Shown here one piece after another: positions 18,195-27,700 of a stretch of DNA of 55,352 nucleotides. The DNA is from a virus (Duplodnaviria; Caudoviricetes). Position 1 is the first letter of the stretch. Each line of letters starts with the position of its first letter. Below the pieces are notes generated by a model. The model ran no database searches, was not told where the DNA came from, and worked only from the letters and a program-made list of their open reading frames with translations. The translations under genes were made by a program, and so were the position numbers. The stretch lies in IMG/VR virus record IMGVR_UViG_3300037467_002425, positions 1 through 55,352 of that record; one strand, given 5' to 3'.

Positions 18195-18323
18195 ATGAGT
18201 GACAAAAACCAGAAGGAACAAATCGAAAAGCTAGAAAAGCTTAAAGAGAAAAACCTGCCTGAAAACGTCCAGAAATCAATCGCGGAGAAGCAAAAGCACA
18301 TTCAGAAGCCTTTCAACAAATGA
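18195..18323 (+). CDS. Small Lys/Gln-rich protein (42 aa)
   Basis: Manual ORF MSDKNQKEQIEKLEKLKEKNLPENVQKSIAEKQKHIQKPFNK; ATGA-coupled to the protease gene. Confidence 0.6.
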   Translation: MSDKNQKEQIEKLEKLKEKNLPENVQKSIAEKQKHIQKPFNK

Positions 18324-19156
18324 GTAAAATCTATTGCAAAGAACTTGATAAGAAATTTTTATCCAAGGATGAAATGTTTTTTGCATTGAAGGCAAATGTG
18401 GATAAAATCATCTCGATCAAGAAAGCAGCCATCAAAGATAGTGATGGTGTTTCTTTTCAGTTTCGTGAAAATGTTGAAAATGTTACTAAAGCTGCACCAG
18501 CCGAAACTTTAAAAGCAGTAAAAGATGGAGATACTATTTATCCGGTCATCAATACCACAAACTGGCTGGACAGTCACGGAGATGTTCACCTGGACGGTAT
18601 CTGGGATACCTCAATAGCTCAGCAACAAGGTAAAATATTTTATGCAGTTAATCATGAATTAAAACTCGGTTCTATCATCAGTTATCAAGATGAAGTGACC
18701 ATGAGTGTTAAAACAATGAACTGGACCGATCTTGGAGAAAATTATCCTGGTCAAACTCAGGCATTAATTTTTGCGGCTAAATTGACTGATGCTTCTAATA
18801 AAGCAGCTACAAAGGCTATCAAAGCACAAAAACCACTGGAAAATAGCGTTCGTATGCAATATGTGGATATGGTTTTATGTGTAGACAGCTCCGCCAAAGG
18901 TCTTGAACAGGAAAGGATGAATTTTTACACATACCTACCCAAGATCGCCAATAAAGAAGATGCTACGGCCGCAGGATATTTCTGGGCTATCAAGCAAGCT
19001 AAAATTGTTAAAGAAGGAAGCGCGGTACTCGCAGGATCCAACCGCGTTACACCTATTTTATATACTGACCCGTCTAACAAACAGTCAACCAAAGAAACCG
19101 AACCGCCCGCAAACAGCAGCACTGAGGTTAAATCAGATTATTTTTATGAACTTTAA
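18320..19156 (+). CDS. Prohead maturation protease (HK97-like, divergent)
   Basis: DSHGDVH, NHE, SVRMQY, EGSAV..GSN motifs; directly upstream of the capsid gene. Confidence 0.72.
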   Translation: MSKIYCKELDKKFLSKDEMFFALKANVDKIISIKKAAIKDSDGVSFQFRENVENVTKAAPAETLKAVKDGDTIYPVINTTNWLDSHGDVHLDGIWDTSIAQQQGKIFYAVNHELKLGSIISYQDEVTMSVKTMNWTDLGENYPGQTQALIFAAKLTDASNKAATKAIKAQKPLENSVRMQYVDMVLCVDSSAKGLEQERMNFYTYLPKIANKEDATAAGYFWAIKQAKIVKEGSAVLAGSNRVTPILYTDPSNKQSTKETEPPANSSTEVKSDYFYEL

Positions 19157-19168
19157 AAACAACCCAAA

Positions 19169-20464
19169 ATGAAATTTGAGTATTTAACCAAAGCGCAATT
19201 CGATGCTCTTACTGATTATCAGAAAGAGAAATACGCTGATGATAAGCGTAACCACGAAATGAAGGAAACGCAGGAAGCCGCTAAAGTAGCCGCTGAAACT
19301 GCTGCGGACGAAAAAGTCAAAGTAGTTAAGGAAGAACTGACAAAAACAATCGAAGCCCAAAAAGTTGAGATTGATGCATTAACAGTTAAAATTGACGAAA
19401 CTGACAAAAAACGTGAAGCTGTTGAGGCTAAGATGGAGCGTATCCAGGCCAAGCAAAAAGAAGCTGAGATTTCAGGCTTGAAAGCTGAGATAACTGAAAT
19501 GTTCACTAATAAAGAAAGTGAAGGCTACAAACAGCTCGCCGGGTTTAAAACCAAAAAATCTTTCAATGTAGAATTGGAAGGCAAAGGCTTATTGGCCGAA
19601 AAAGCACCTGGGGTGATCGGAGTGCCTTCAGGTACTACCGCACAGCAATGGTTACAGCCTATCGGTATTCCGCATGAAACTGTGCAGGCCCGTGATATTA
19701 TTCCAGTGTACCCAACTGAGTTTCCATCTATCAACTATGTTCAGTTCACTAAAAAGGACGGTAGCATTGCTTCCGTTGCTGCAGGTGCAACTAAACCACA
19801 ATTTGATTATACACCTACCGGGAAATTGGCACCAGTTATCAAAATCGCTGGTTGGGTGAGCGTTCAGGAAGAATTTCTGGATGATGTTGTAGGTTCTGGT
19901 GCATTTTTAGCTCAGGAATTACCATGGGCGTATAAAGATGAAGAAACTCGTCAAGTATTTAAAGGTAACGGTACATCTGAACTGAATGGTTTATTTGCAA
20001 ATGTGGCGACTGCATTGAATTTTGCAGGTTTTGAAACCGCAGGCTCGGATTCGAATAACTGGGACAAAATCGTAGTTGGTTTGACTAACTCACGCCGTAG
20101 CTTACGTCCAGGCGATGCTATCTGGGTTTCCCCTGAGGCTTATGCTGAACTTTTGATGAACAAATCAGAAGGTGCAACCCAGGAATATGATTACCCAATC
20201 CAAGCTACTACCGCTGGTCAGTTGGCTATCGGGGGTATTCCGATTTACTTCCATACTGTATTTAATGCATTGGAAGGTTTATCTGGTAACTTTAGTCGTG
20301 GTGTAGCATTGTGGCAACGTAAAGGTATTACCTTACGTACTTCGACCGAAGCTGATCAGAACTTCTTCAAGAACTTAGTAACATTCTTAATTGAAGCACG
20401 TATGGCAATGACTCCTTTCTTTCCTGAGTCATTCAAAAAGATCGACTTTACCCGTACTACTTAA
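19169..20464 (+). CDS. Major capsid protein (HK97 fold, N-terminal coiled-coil delta domain)
   Basis: Charged helical N-terminus; KIAGW..V..E.LDD, GNGTS.LNG, F.KNLVT...E.R motifs. Confidence 0.92.
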   Translation: MKFEYLTKAQFDALTDYQKEKYADDKRNHEMKETQEAAKVAAETAADEKVKVVKEELTKTIEAQKVEIDALTVKIDETDKKREAVEAKMERIQAKQKEAEISGLKAEITEMFTNKESEGYKQLAGFKTKKSFNVELEGKGLLAEKAPGVIGVPSGTTAQQWLQPIGIPHETVQARDIIPVYPTEFPSINYVQFTKKDGSIASVAAGATKPQFDYTPTGKLAPVIKIAGWVSVQEEFLDDVVGSGAFLAQELPWAYKDEETRQVFKGNGTSELNGLFANVATALNFAGFETAGSDSNNWDKIVVGLTNSRRSLRPGDAIWVSPEAYAELLMNKSEGATQEYDYPIQATTAGQLAIGGIPIYFHTVFNALEGLSGNFSRGVALWQRKGITLRTSTEADQNFFKNLVTFLIEARMAMTPFFPESFKKIDFTRTT

Positions 20465-20488
20465 TCGTTTTTCATGTTTTTCAGGTTT

Positions 20489-20524
20489 AGTCCCACGTAT
20501 ACTGAATATGTGGGACTTTTTTAT
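20489..20524 (+). terminator. Intrinsic terminator after the capsid gene
   Basis: AGTCCCACGTAT...ATATGTGGGACT followed by a T tract. Confidence 0.75.
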
Positions 20525-20525
20525 T

Positions 20526-20533
20526 TATATTTG
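20526..20533 (+). promoter_or_regulatory. Bacteroidota -7 promoter element of the neck/tail operon
   Basis: TATATTTG 4 nt upstream of ATG 20538; same context (TATATTTGATTTATGGA) as at 3622. Confidence 0.55.
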
Positions 20534-20537
20534 ATTT

Positions 20538-21095
20538 ATGGATGCACTTGATATCATATCTCTGGCTATGGCAAAAAATTGGATCAGTGTTGACGTAACC
20601 GATACGCAGTGGGACGAAGATATCGGGCGGCTCATTAGAACTGCTATTGATCGAGTAGAACGTTATACCTCCTGGCGGCTTTATCAGCGTACAGAAACGC
20701 TTTATAATCGTCAGCAGCCTTATTATAACCCCGCCAATTATTTCCCGCCAGCGGGTTCGGGAGAATGGCACGGAAGTACAGGAGTGAGATCAGTACCGGG
20801 AGGATTATCGATTTACTTATTTCCGTTCACTATCACTTCTGTAAAAGATAGCAATGGCGCGGATGTAACTTATACAACCGTTATACAGCCTTTAAAAACA
20901 CTTTTATATGCGTTACCGAATAGTATTATTACGCTGCAGACAGGTTTTACTGATGTAACAAAAATTCCACAAACATTTATCGACGCGGCATTGAAATTAA
21001 TTACTGACATGTTTGAAAACCGGGATAATTATACCACCTCGATGCCAACTGAAGTGCAATATATGCTCAATCAATACCGGAGGGCGTTGATATGA
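20538..21095 (+). CDS. Head-tail adaptor (HK97 gp6/SPP1 gp15-like)
   Basis: ISLAMAKNWI.VD...D..I..LI..A...VE.YT and C-terminal A.L.LI..MFENR. Confidence 0.85.
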   Translation: MDALDIISLAMAKNWISVDVTDTQWDEDIGRLIRTAIDRVERYTSWRLYQRTETLYNRQQPYYNPANYFPPAGSGEWHGSTGVRSVPGGLSIYLFPFTITSVKDSNGADVTYTTVIQPLKTLLYALPNSIITLQTGFTDVTKIPQTFIDAALKLITDMFENRDNYTTSMPTEVQYMLNQYRRALI

Positions 21096-21478
21096 GTAAA
21101 AAGAAATTTGCTAATAAAACGTTTCTCGATCCGGGCAGGTTTCGTTACAATATTTCTTTTTATGAACATTCAACTACGATTAATAATTATGGTGATCAAA
21201 CGATAACAGATACTTTAGTAATGAGCACCCGGGCTTCAAAACAAAATATACAAAACCGTCCCGGAAGTATTTATTCACAATTAGAGGAAGAAGCCGGTGC
21301 TACTTTAATGAACGGTGATACTTATTTTACGATTCGTTTAAGACAGGATTGGCAGCCGAAAAAAGATATGCACGCTGTAGTAGACGGAATTAAATATGTT
21401 GTAAGAGCACTTATACCTTTAGATTACCCACAAAACTACTGGCGCATTTTATGCACCACAATACAAATAGGAGAATGA
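21092..21478 (+). CDS. Head closure/stopper protein (SPP1 gp16-like)
   Basis: DPGRFRYNISF, YGDQ, FTIR, Y.V; synteny. Confidence 0.75.
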   Translation: MSKKKFANKTFLDPGRFRYNISFYEHSTTINNYGDQTITDTLVMSTRASKQNIQNRPGSIYSQLEEEAGATLMNGDTYFTIRLRQDWQPKKDMHAVVDGIKYVVRALIPLDYPQNYWRILCTTIQIGE

Positions 21479-21882
21479 TAAAGAACTTACAGGAAGCACT
21501 GGACCCTCTATTACTACTTCAGAAAGAAGCAAGGTTAGCCGTCAGACGCGGGGAGTTAACTGTTGCTAACCGTATTGCTGAAGAAGCAAGGGCAGAAGCG
21601 CCAGGCAGTCTTGGAAGTAAAATATCAGTGGAACAAACAGAAGACGAAACGATTATTGATGCGGGGGATGAGCTTTCTGCGTATGTGGAGTTTGGTACAG
21701 GCCAGAACGCAGAAGATTTTTTAGCAGGGAAACCAGATGAACAAGTAGCTGAAGCAAAGAAATTTTTTGTAAATGGTCAAGGTACTTTAAAAGCACATCC
21801 GTTCTTTTTTCCTGCGATTTACAGACATAGAGATGAAATTTCTGAAGAAGTTGATAATGAGTTAAACAAAATAAATGCGTAA
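21475..21882 (+). CDS. Tail completion/neck protein (HK97 gp10-like)
   Basis: AP..GSL..I, SAYVEFGT, AHPFFFPA. Start reassigned to ATG 21475. Confidence 0.82.
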   Translation: MIKNLQEALDPLLLLQKEARLAVRRGELTVANRIAEEARAEAPGSLGSKISVEQTEDETIIDAGDELSAYVEFGTGQNAEDFLAGKPDEQVAEAKKFFVNGQGTLKAHPFFFPAIYRHRDEISEEVDNELNKINA

Positions 21883-22609
21883 TCCTGATAAATATTTGCG
21901 TGAAGGTTATTTAACCGCTTTACAAGCGCAAGGGTTAACCGTTTACAATAAAACTATTCCTGTTGATACTATTCCCGACCCAAACGGATATGTGCTGATC
22001 GAATCACAATCTAAAACGACTACTGAACGTAGTAAAACTGATTTTGAATGGAACAGTCGAATAACAATGCATATCATCAAAGTAAGTACTCGTGGGTATT
22101 CATCTACCAGCACTGTAGATGATATGGAAGAAAAATGTATCAATGCTGTTGAAAGTGGTATATTAGTTAATAATTTTTATTTGAAATCTACTTATCAGAT
22201 TGAAAGTATGAATCTGGATATGTCAGATAAAACAAATACAATTGAACGACGAGTTTTGATTTATGAACATTGGTTAGCTGAAGTAGGAAATAATAGTTTT
22301 GGGCCATCAAATCCGGGGTCGATTGCTCCTTTAGGTCCAATTTTAATCCCTGCGGGAACTCCAATTCCTTATTTTTTAGCCGTACCTGTAAGGTTTAATG
22401 AAAATTCAGAAGTTATTACAGAAGTAATTTGGGAAGACCCGCAAACGAATACTTTAACTGGTGAATTAGTTAGAGTTTATAATATGCCTGTAGTTAAACA
22501 AGACACAAACGGGGATGGTACAGGTAGTTTTATAGGTTGGAATATTTATGGACATAGTAACGATAATTCACTTACTTTTCAAGAGGATACATATATTACT
22601 TTAAGATAA
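21875..22609 (+). CDS. Tail terminator with an extra C-terminal domain of about 90 aa
   Basis: Synteny and an N-terminal tail-terminator-like region; the C-terminal part is homologous to 31648..32091. Confidence 0.65.
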   Translation: MRNPDKYLREGYLTALQAQGLTVYNKTIPVDTIPDPNGYVLIESQSKTTTERSKTDFEWNSRITMHIIKVSTRGYSSTSTVDDMEEKCINAVESGILVNNFYLKSTYQIESMNLDMSDKTNTIERRVLIYEHWLAEVGNNSFGPSNPGSIAPLGPILIPAGTPIPYFLAVPVRFNENSEVITEVIWEDPQTNTLTGELVRVYNMPVVKQDTNGDGTGSFIGWNIYGHSNDNSLTFQEDTYITLR

Positions 22610-22610
22610 A

Positions 22611-23084
22611 TTGATACCAGGGAGATTAATCGGATTAAAAGTTAACGGCATATTTATAAGCTGTGAGTTATCTTGTGATTTTAATTTTCAGGCCGAAATG
22701 CTTCCTGCGTCCGCTATCGACAGCGCAGCTTGGAAAGAATTTATCGCAGGTATCCGTTCCTGGTCTATGGGGGTAAGTGGTCAACTATTAGCCGAGGCAG
22801 TAGGTGCTGATTTCAAAACTATTCTTAATTCATTTTTTACACGAATACCTGTTTTAGTGATCTGGGGCACCAGACCATCAGCTACAACACAATTAAGTAT
22901 GTCAGGGAGTGCTTTAGTATCCGGGGGAAGTGCTACAGGACCAAATAAAGGTGCGGCGACTTATACTATAACTTTTCAGGGGACTGGGCCTTTAACAACT
23001 AATTTTGAGGATTATTCACTCATTATCGATGCGATGGAACCTCGTGATGATTGGCCAATTATAGTTAATGAGAATGTAACATAA
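22611..23084 (+). CDS. Tail tube protein paralog 1
   Basis: WKEFIAGIRSWSMGVSG and ATYTITFQGTGPL, a TP901-1-like tube signature; TTG start. Confidence 0.78.
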   Translation: MIPGRLIGLKVNGIFISCELSCDFNFQAEMLPASAIDSAAWKEFIAGIRSWSMGVSGQLLAEAVGADFKTILNSFFTRIPVLVIWGTRPSATTQLSMSGSALVSGGSATGPNKGAATYTITFQGTGPLTTNFEDYSLIIDAMEPRDDWPIIVNENVT

Positions 23085-23422
23085 TGAATAATGGAATAGG
23101 TTTTATTGTATGGGATGAAGGCTTTGCATGTTCAGATGAAGTCGTATTTGATATTGAGAGAGATCCAGTAATAGACCCTGAGGGTAAAAAAAATATCACT
23201 GAAACTAAAACTTTGAAATATATCAGTATATTTGAGGGAGCAGGCTTGATAGTTAAGGGGTTAAAAGTGCGTTGCTTATTTAAGTCCGGTGAGAAAAAAT
23301 ACGCTTTCACAGGAGAAGTAAGAGGAAAAAGTGGTAATCTTACTATTATAGATATAAATACTAAATCTGATCGAATTAACGAAATTATAGAAAAAATCAA
23401 ATCTTTTAAAGGAGGAAAATAA
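23084..23422 (+). CDS. Hypothetical protein between the tail tube paralogs
   Basis: 112 aa ORF, co-oriented and coupled to its neighbours. Confidence 0.6.
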   Translation: MNNGIGFIVWDEGFACSDEVVFDIERDPVIDPEGKKNITETKTLKYISIFEGAGLIVKGLKVRCLFKSGEKKYAFTGEVRGKSGNLTIIDINTKSDRINEIIEKIKSFKGGK

Positions 23423-23423
23423 A

Positions 23424-23885
23424 ATGAATGCACTTCCCGGCAAGCTTTTAGGGGTAACCTTAGACGGCGTTTATTACAAATGCCAGACAAATGCCGATCT
23501 GACCTTCACCGCAGCAGTTACTGCGGATGATACCTGTAAACCTGACCAGGGAGTAGGCGCAGATCCGATACAGTGGGTAACAAACACTGTTGACAGTAAA
23601 AGTTGGGTGATCACTTTCAGCGCGAAAGCTTTTGCTGACGGACTTGGCGCTTCTGGTAATCAATTATCACGTTTCTTTATTGAAAGTGATCTTGCGGTTA
23701 CTGCGCACTTTATGACCAATCCGGATCTAGGAGATGGAATTATCAGTGATGACGTTCTGTATGAAGGTAGCGGTTTACTGACAAGCCTTAAATTGAACGG
23801 CCCGGAAAAAGGCGCTTCAACTTATGATGCGACTATTACTGGTAATGGTCCGATGACAATTACGGAGACTAACCGTACTACATAA
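23424..23885 (+). CDS. Major tail tube protein (paralog 2)
   Basis: PGKLLG, KSWVITFS, STYDATITGNGPM; shortly upstream of the chaperones. Confidence 0.8.
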   Translation: MNALPGKLLGVTLDGVYYKCQTNADLTFTAAVTADDTCKPDQGVGADPIQWVTNTVDSKSWVITFSAKAFADGLGASGNQLSRFFIESDLAVTAHFMTNPDLGDGIISDDVLYEGSGLLTSLKLNGPEKGASTYDATITGNGPMTITETNRTT

Positions 23886-23889
23886 TCAG

Positions 23890-24078
23890 ATGCCTTCGGG
23901 TACTGTGATACAACGCTGCACATCCTATCGGGGTAACCGTTGGGTGTGCAGCTATATTGTTTGGTTACCTTGCGGATGCCGATATGACCGGTTCACAATA
24001 ACACTTACCCAAGTCACTCAGCCCACAGACGAAGAAATCTTAAAAGCTATAATCGAAAATAATGAAGATAACGATTGA
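23890..24078 (+). CDS. Small Cys-rich hypothetical protein
   Basis: 62 aa ORF filling the gap between the tube and chaperone genes. Confidence 0.5.
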   Translation: MPSGTVIQRCTSYRGNRWVCSYIVWLPCGCRYDRFTITLTQVTQPTDEEILKAIIENNEDND

Positions 24079-24469
24079 CGGAAACGAATACGGAATTTAC
24101 TGGGGGCTTAATTGTATAGATAGGTTCTGTGATGTGGTCGATATGGAAATGGCCGCTGCCATTGGTCTTTTGATGCAAAAAGACTCTGGGGTAAAAGGAA
24201 CGGTTGTTTTAGCTAAATTTATTGTATGTGCTATTGATACTCATGCGATTATCAATGACCAACCGTTACCAGGTATTTCTTATCAAAAAGTAATTGTCGA
24301 GATTGATAAACGCGGGGAAGATTTTACCTCGCCTATCGTAAAAGATTTTTTCAATTCCTATTTGTATGGCAAATCAGTTGCTGAGCTGATGGGTATTGTG
24401 ATGGAGGAAACTAACAAAGCAGCACCAGTAGCAAAAAAAAAGTCGGGATCGCGGAAATCCTCATCTTAG
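24062..24469 (+). CDS. Tail assembly chaperone (G-like)
   Basis: ITIDGNEY..; ends in KKK encoded by an A9 run; position upstream of the TMP. Confidence 0.8.
   Translation: MKITIDGNEYGIYWGLNCIDRFCDVVDMEMAAAIGLLMQKDSGVKGTVVLAKFIVCAIDTHAIINDQPLPGISYQKVIVEIDKRGEDFTSPIVKDFFNSYLYGKSVAELMGIVMEETNKAAPVAKKKSGSRKSSS
24433..24442 (+). other. -1 programmed ribosomal frameshift site
   Basis: GCA AAA AAA AAG; the -1 frame (KVGIAEILILAYEMG...) is open into 24478..24738. Confidence 0.8.
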
Positions 24470-24477
24470 CTTATGAA

Positions 24478-24738
24478 ATGGGCTTAAAGCCCGATGAAGT
24501 AGAGCGCTGTACATTAGGTCAGTTTAACCTCATGCTATTAGGATACCAGCGCAGACAGGAAAAAGAATGGGACAGAACACGACATATTATGGCTTTTATA
24601 CTGAACTATGCAGGGTTCGGTGCAAAAGAGTTTCATCATCCAAAAGATATTTTTCCCCTGCATATGGATAATGAGGATAAGAAAAAACGAATTAATTCAA
24701 TTAAACAGGCATACGCCTTACTAAAAGAATTTGAATAA
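24478..24738 (+). CDS. Tail assembly chaperone T-part (frameshift product)
   Basis: GLKPDE...T..QF..GY..R..WDRTR; in the -1 frame relative to the upstream chaperone. Confidence 0.78.
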   Translation: MGLKPDEVERCTLGQFNLMLLGYQRRQEKEWDRTRHIMAFILNYAGFGAKEFHHPKDIFPLHMDNEDKKKRINSIKQAYALLKEFE

Positions 24739-27700
24739 TGGCAAGGCTTATATACGAAATAGGTGGTGACGTAACCGGACTTGAAAATGCCATTAATCAA
24801 GGTTTAAATCTTCTCAAACAGTTTGATGCCAAATCAACTGAAGTAAAAATAACCGTTCCGGATATATCTCCCCAGTTCCGTGCCGGAATAGCTGCTCTGG
24901 ATCAGCTAGGTGAAAAACTTCTCGTAGTTCAGGGTAATACTACTTTATTCGGAGAAAGTGTTAAGCTACAGTCACAGGAAGTTGCTGCTTATCAATCTGC
25001 TTTGAATTCATTACTCGCTAATGGATTTGATCCAATGGATGCTGATGTTCAGCGGTTAAAACAGCGAATTGATGATCTTACACAATCTCTTAAAAATATA
25101 AGGGGGGTTCAGCCGCCAGGATCTTTTATAAATGATACGTCTCCATTACCCTCTGCTGAAAATGTAGCAAGACCTGATTTAACAGGGGCAGTAGGCCAAC
25201 AATCTGAACTGATTTCGCAACTTAATCAGCAGTTAGCGCAAGGTACTATAACTACTGAGCAGTATAATCAGGCGCTTTTAGGTGCCAATTCTACTTTAAA
25301 TACTTTAAGTGAAAGTACAGCAAATGCAACAGGAGCTTTAGAGTCTGAGATCGGCATAATAGCTGGAATGAAGCAAGCACTTGCGGATCTTAATTCGATA
25401 AGGCTTAACACACTTAATGAGCAGGATTTACCTAAACTTAATGCAGAAATACAGCAAACCGAGTTCGAGATAAAAAGGCTTTCTAACATTGGAAAAGAAG
25501 GGTTTGATAGTTTTGGAAACGCTATAAAAGGCGTTTCTGTACAGAACGTAAACGGTCAGTTAATATCTTTGTCTAACAATCTTTTTGGTGCCAGGCAGAT
25601 ATCCCGTGACCTGGTAAGGACTTTAGATGCAGGATCAATTTCAGGATTCGCCAAAGCGGTAGGTTTATTGGCTGTCGATTTCTTATTCTTTGCCCAGAAC
25701 GCGCAGTTCGCCCGCACTTCTACAATAGGGGCAACCGCAGCTATAGCAGCAGAAGGTGAAGTGGCTGCAGGTTCCGCTTTAACGACAGGCGCTTTGGGTG
25801 CCGCTTTTTCTTCTTTACTTACCCCGACCAGTTTGATTGTTTTAGGTATCGCCGCAGCGGGGGCGGCTTTTATTGCTTATGAAAAAAGCCAGAAAACTGC
25901 TACTGAAACAGCTACAGAACATTTAAAAGCTTTAAGAGAACAGAAGCAGGCTTTAGCTGATTACGTTTCTACTCTTACACCTGCACAACAGGTAGAGGCC
26001 AACGCAGCGCAGAATTATGCGGAATCCACTATAAAACTGGAAGAACTGGTATTTGCAGTTAAGAATAATACAGGGGCGATTTTTGACGGTAAGACAGCCC
26101 TTGAAGATTTACAGAAACTGTACCCCGTATTTTTTGCCAATATCGATGAGGCCGCGTCTAAAACCGATAAGTTCACTGCTGCTGCAAATGCTGCTAAAGA
26201 GTCTTTACAGGCTTTGGGTGAGTTTCAGGCAGCTAATAAATTGGCGCAACAGTTTCGCGAAGTGGCGGTGTCCAATCAAGCGGCGGCGAATAGTTTATTG
26301 AAGCCACTTACAGATATAAAAACTCAACTTGACCAGGCAACTGAAAGTTTTAAAAAAGCAGGTAGTCAATTTACTCAGTCTTTTAGCGGGCCTGGGGGTG
26401 GTGGGGCTAGTAGCGCAGCTACAGGATTAAATCAGCTTCAGGTACAGTATAATAATCTGCTTGAAAAAATAAAAGGATATAATCAAGCAGTAGCCGAAGC
26501 AAATCAAAAAACCCAGTCGTTTATTGATATCGCTAATTCACGGGCACCTAAAGCCGGGCTTGTTACTGTAAAACCTGAAAAAGATACTGCTGATGTAATT
26601 AACCAGTTTGACACGTTAAAACAAAAACTGGATGAAATTATACAGAAAAACAGTGCTTTAGCCGGAAATAATGGGCTTAAAGGATATGCCGCGGATGTAG
26701 CTGATATAGTTAAACAGTTTACGGATCTTAACAATGCAGTATCATCATTTGCTATCCAGGTTAATAAAGCTTTTGAAAGAGGGGCGTTGACTGCATCTCA
26801 AAGGGATAAATTATTAGCACCGTTACCTTCTATAAAAACGGCTATTCCTCAAAATGAAGATGCTGCGATCAACCAAGCCAAAATAAAAGATGCCCAGGCA
26901 ACTGCAGATGCTATACAGAAAATAAACGATCAGTTTGGTATAAAAGAACAGGCCGGGTTCAACGAGGAATTGTCACGTATTAAAAAACTATATGATAGCA
27001 TTCTCGAAGAAGCCCGTAAAAGTACATTAACAAGACAGCAGATTGAAGAAAATTATCAGCGGGCAGTACAGAACGCCCAAGGTAATTCAACGGCACTAGC
27101 GAACGCTAAACGTATCCATGATGCGCAAGTGCAGCAGGCGCAGGATGCTGATGCTCGTATAGTGGCCGCACAGAAAGATATTTTACCTGCCATACTTGCC
27201 GTGGATGAAAAGTATATCCAGCAAGAGCAGCAGACCTACGGTAAAATAATTGACATTGCAAATCAAGCTTTTGAGGCTTTGGATAGCGGGGAAGCATCGC
27301 GTACAGATAAGATTAATCTGGAATGGCAGAAACGTATTACTTCTGCTAATGCTTATTTTGATAAGTTACGCGATCTGGCTAAAGCCGCTAATCTGCCTCA
27401 ATCATCTACGGATAATATTAATACTATCCAGGCGCAGGTTAATGTTTTATTAAAAGCTGCTAATGCGCAGCAGGTATCTGTAGAGATATCTAAACCATTT
27501 GCTGACGCGCTTCAGGGGGCTACCGATAGTTTTGTAAAAAATTTCTATGATAGTTTAACTGGATTAGGTCAAGCCCGGCAGACAATTGATGATAAATATT
27601 TTTCACAATTAGCCGCAGCTACTGATCAGGCTACAATCAATCAGATTAATAGCCTGAAAAAGATCGAGCAGCAAGCTACGACTTCTTTTGGCGCTATTTT

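Noticed and set aside
23065-23490. Long antisense ORFs in the structural region (also 27845..28405 and similar)
   Set aside because: They are shadows of well-supported plus-strand genes and have no motifs.
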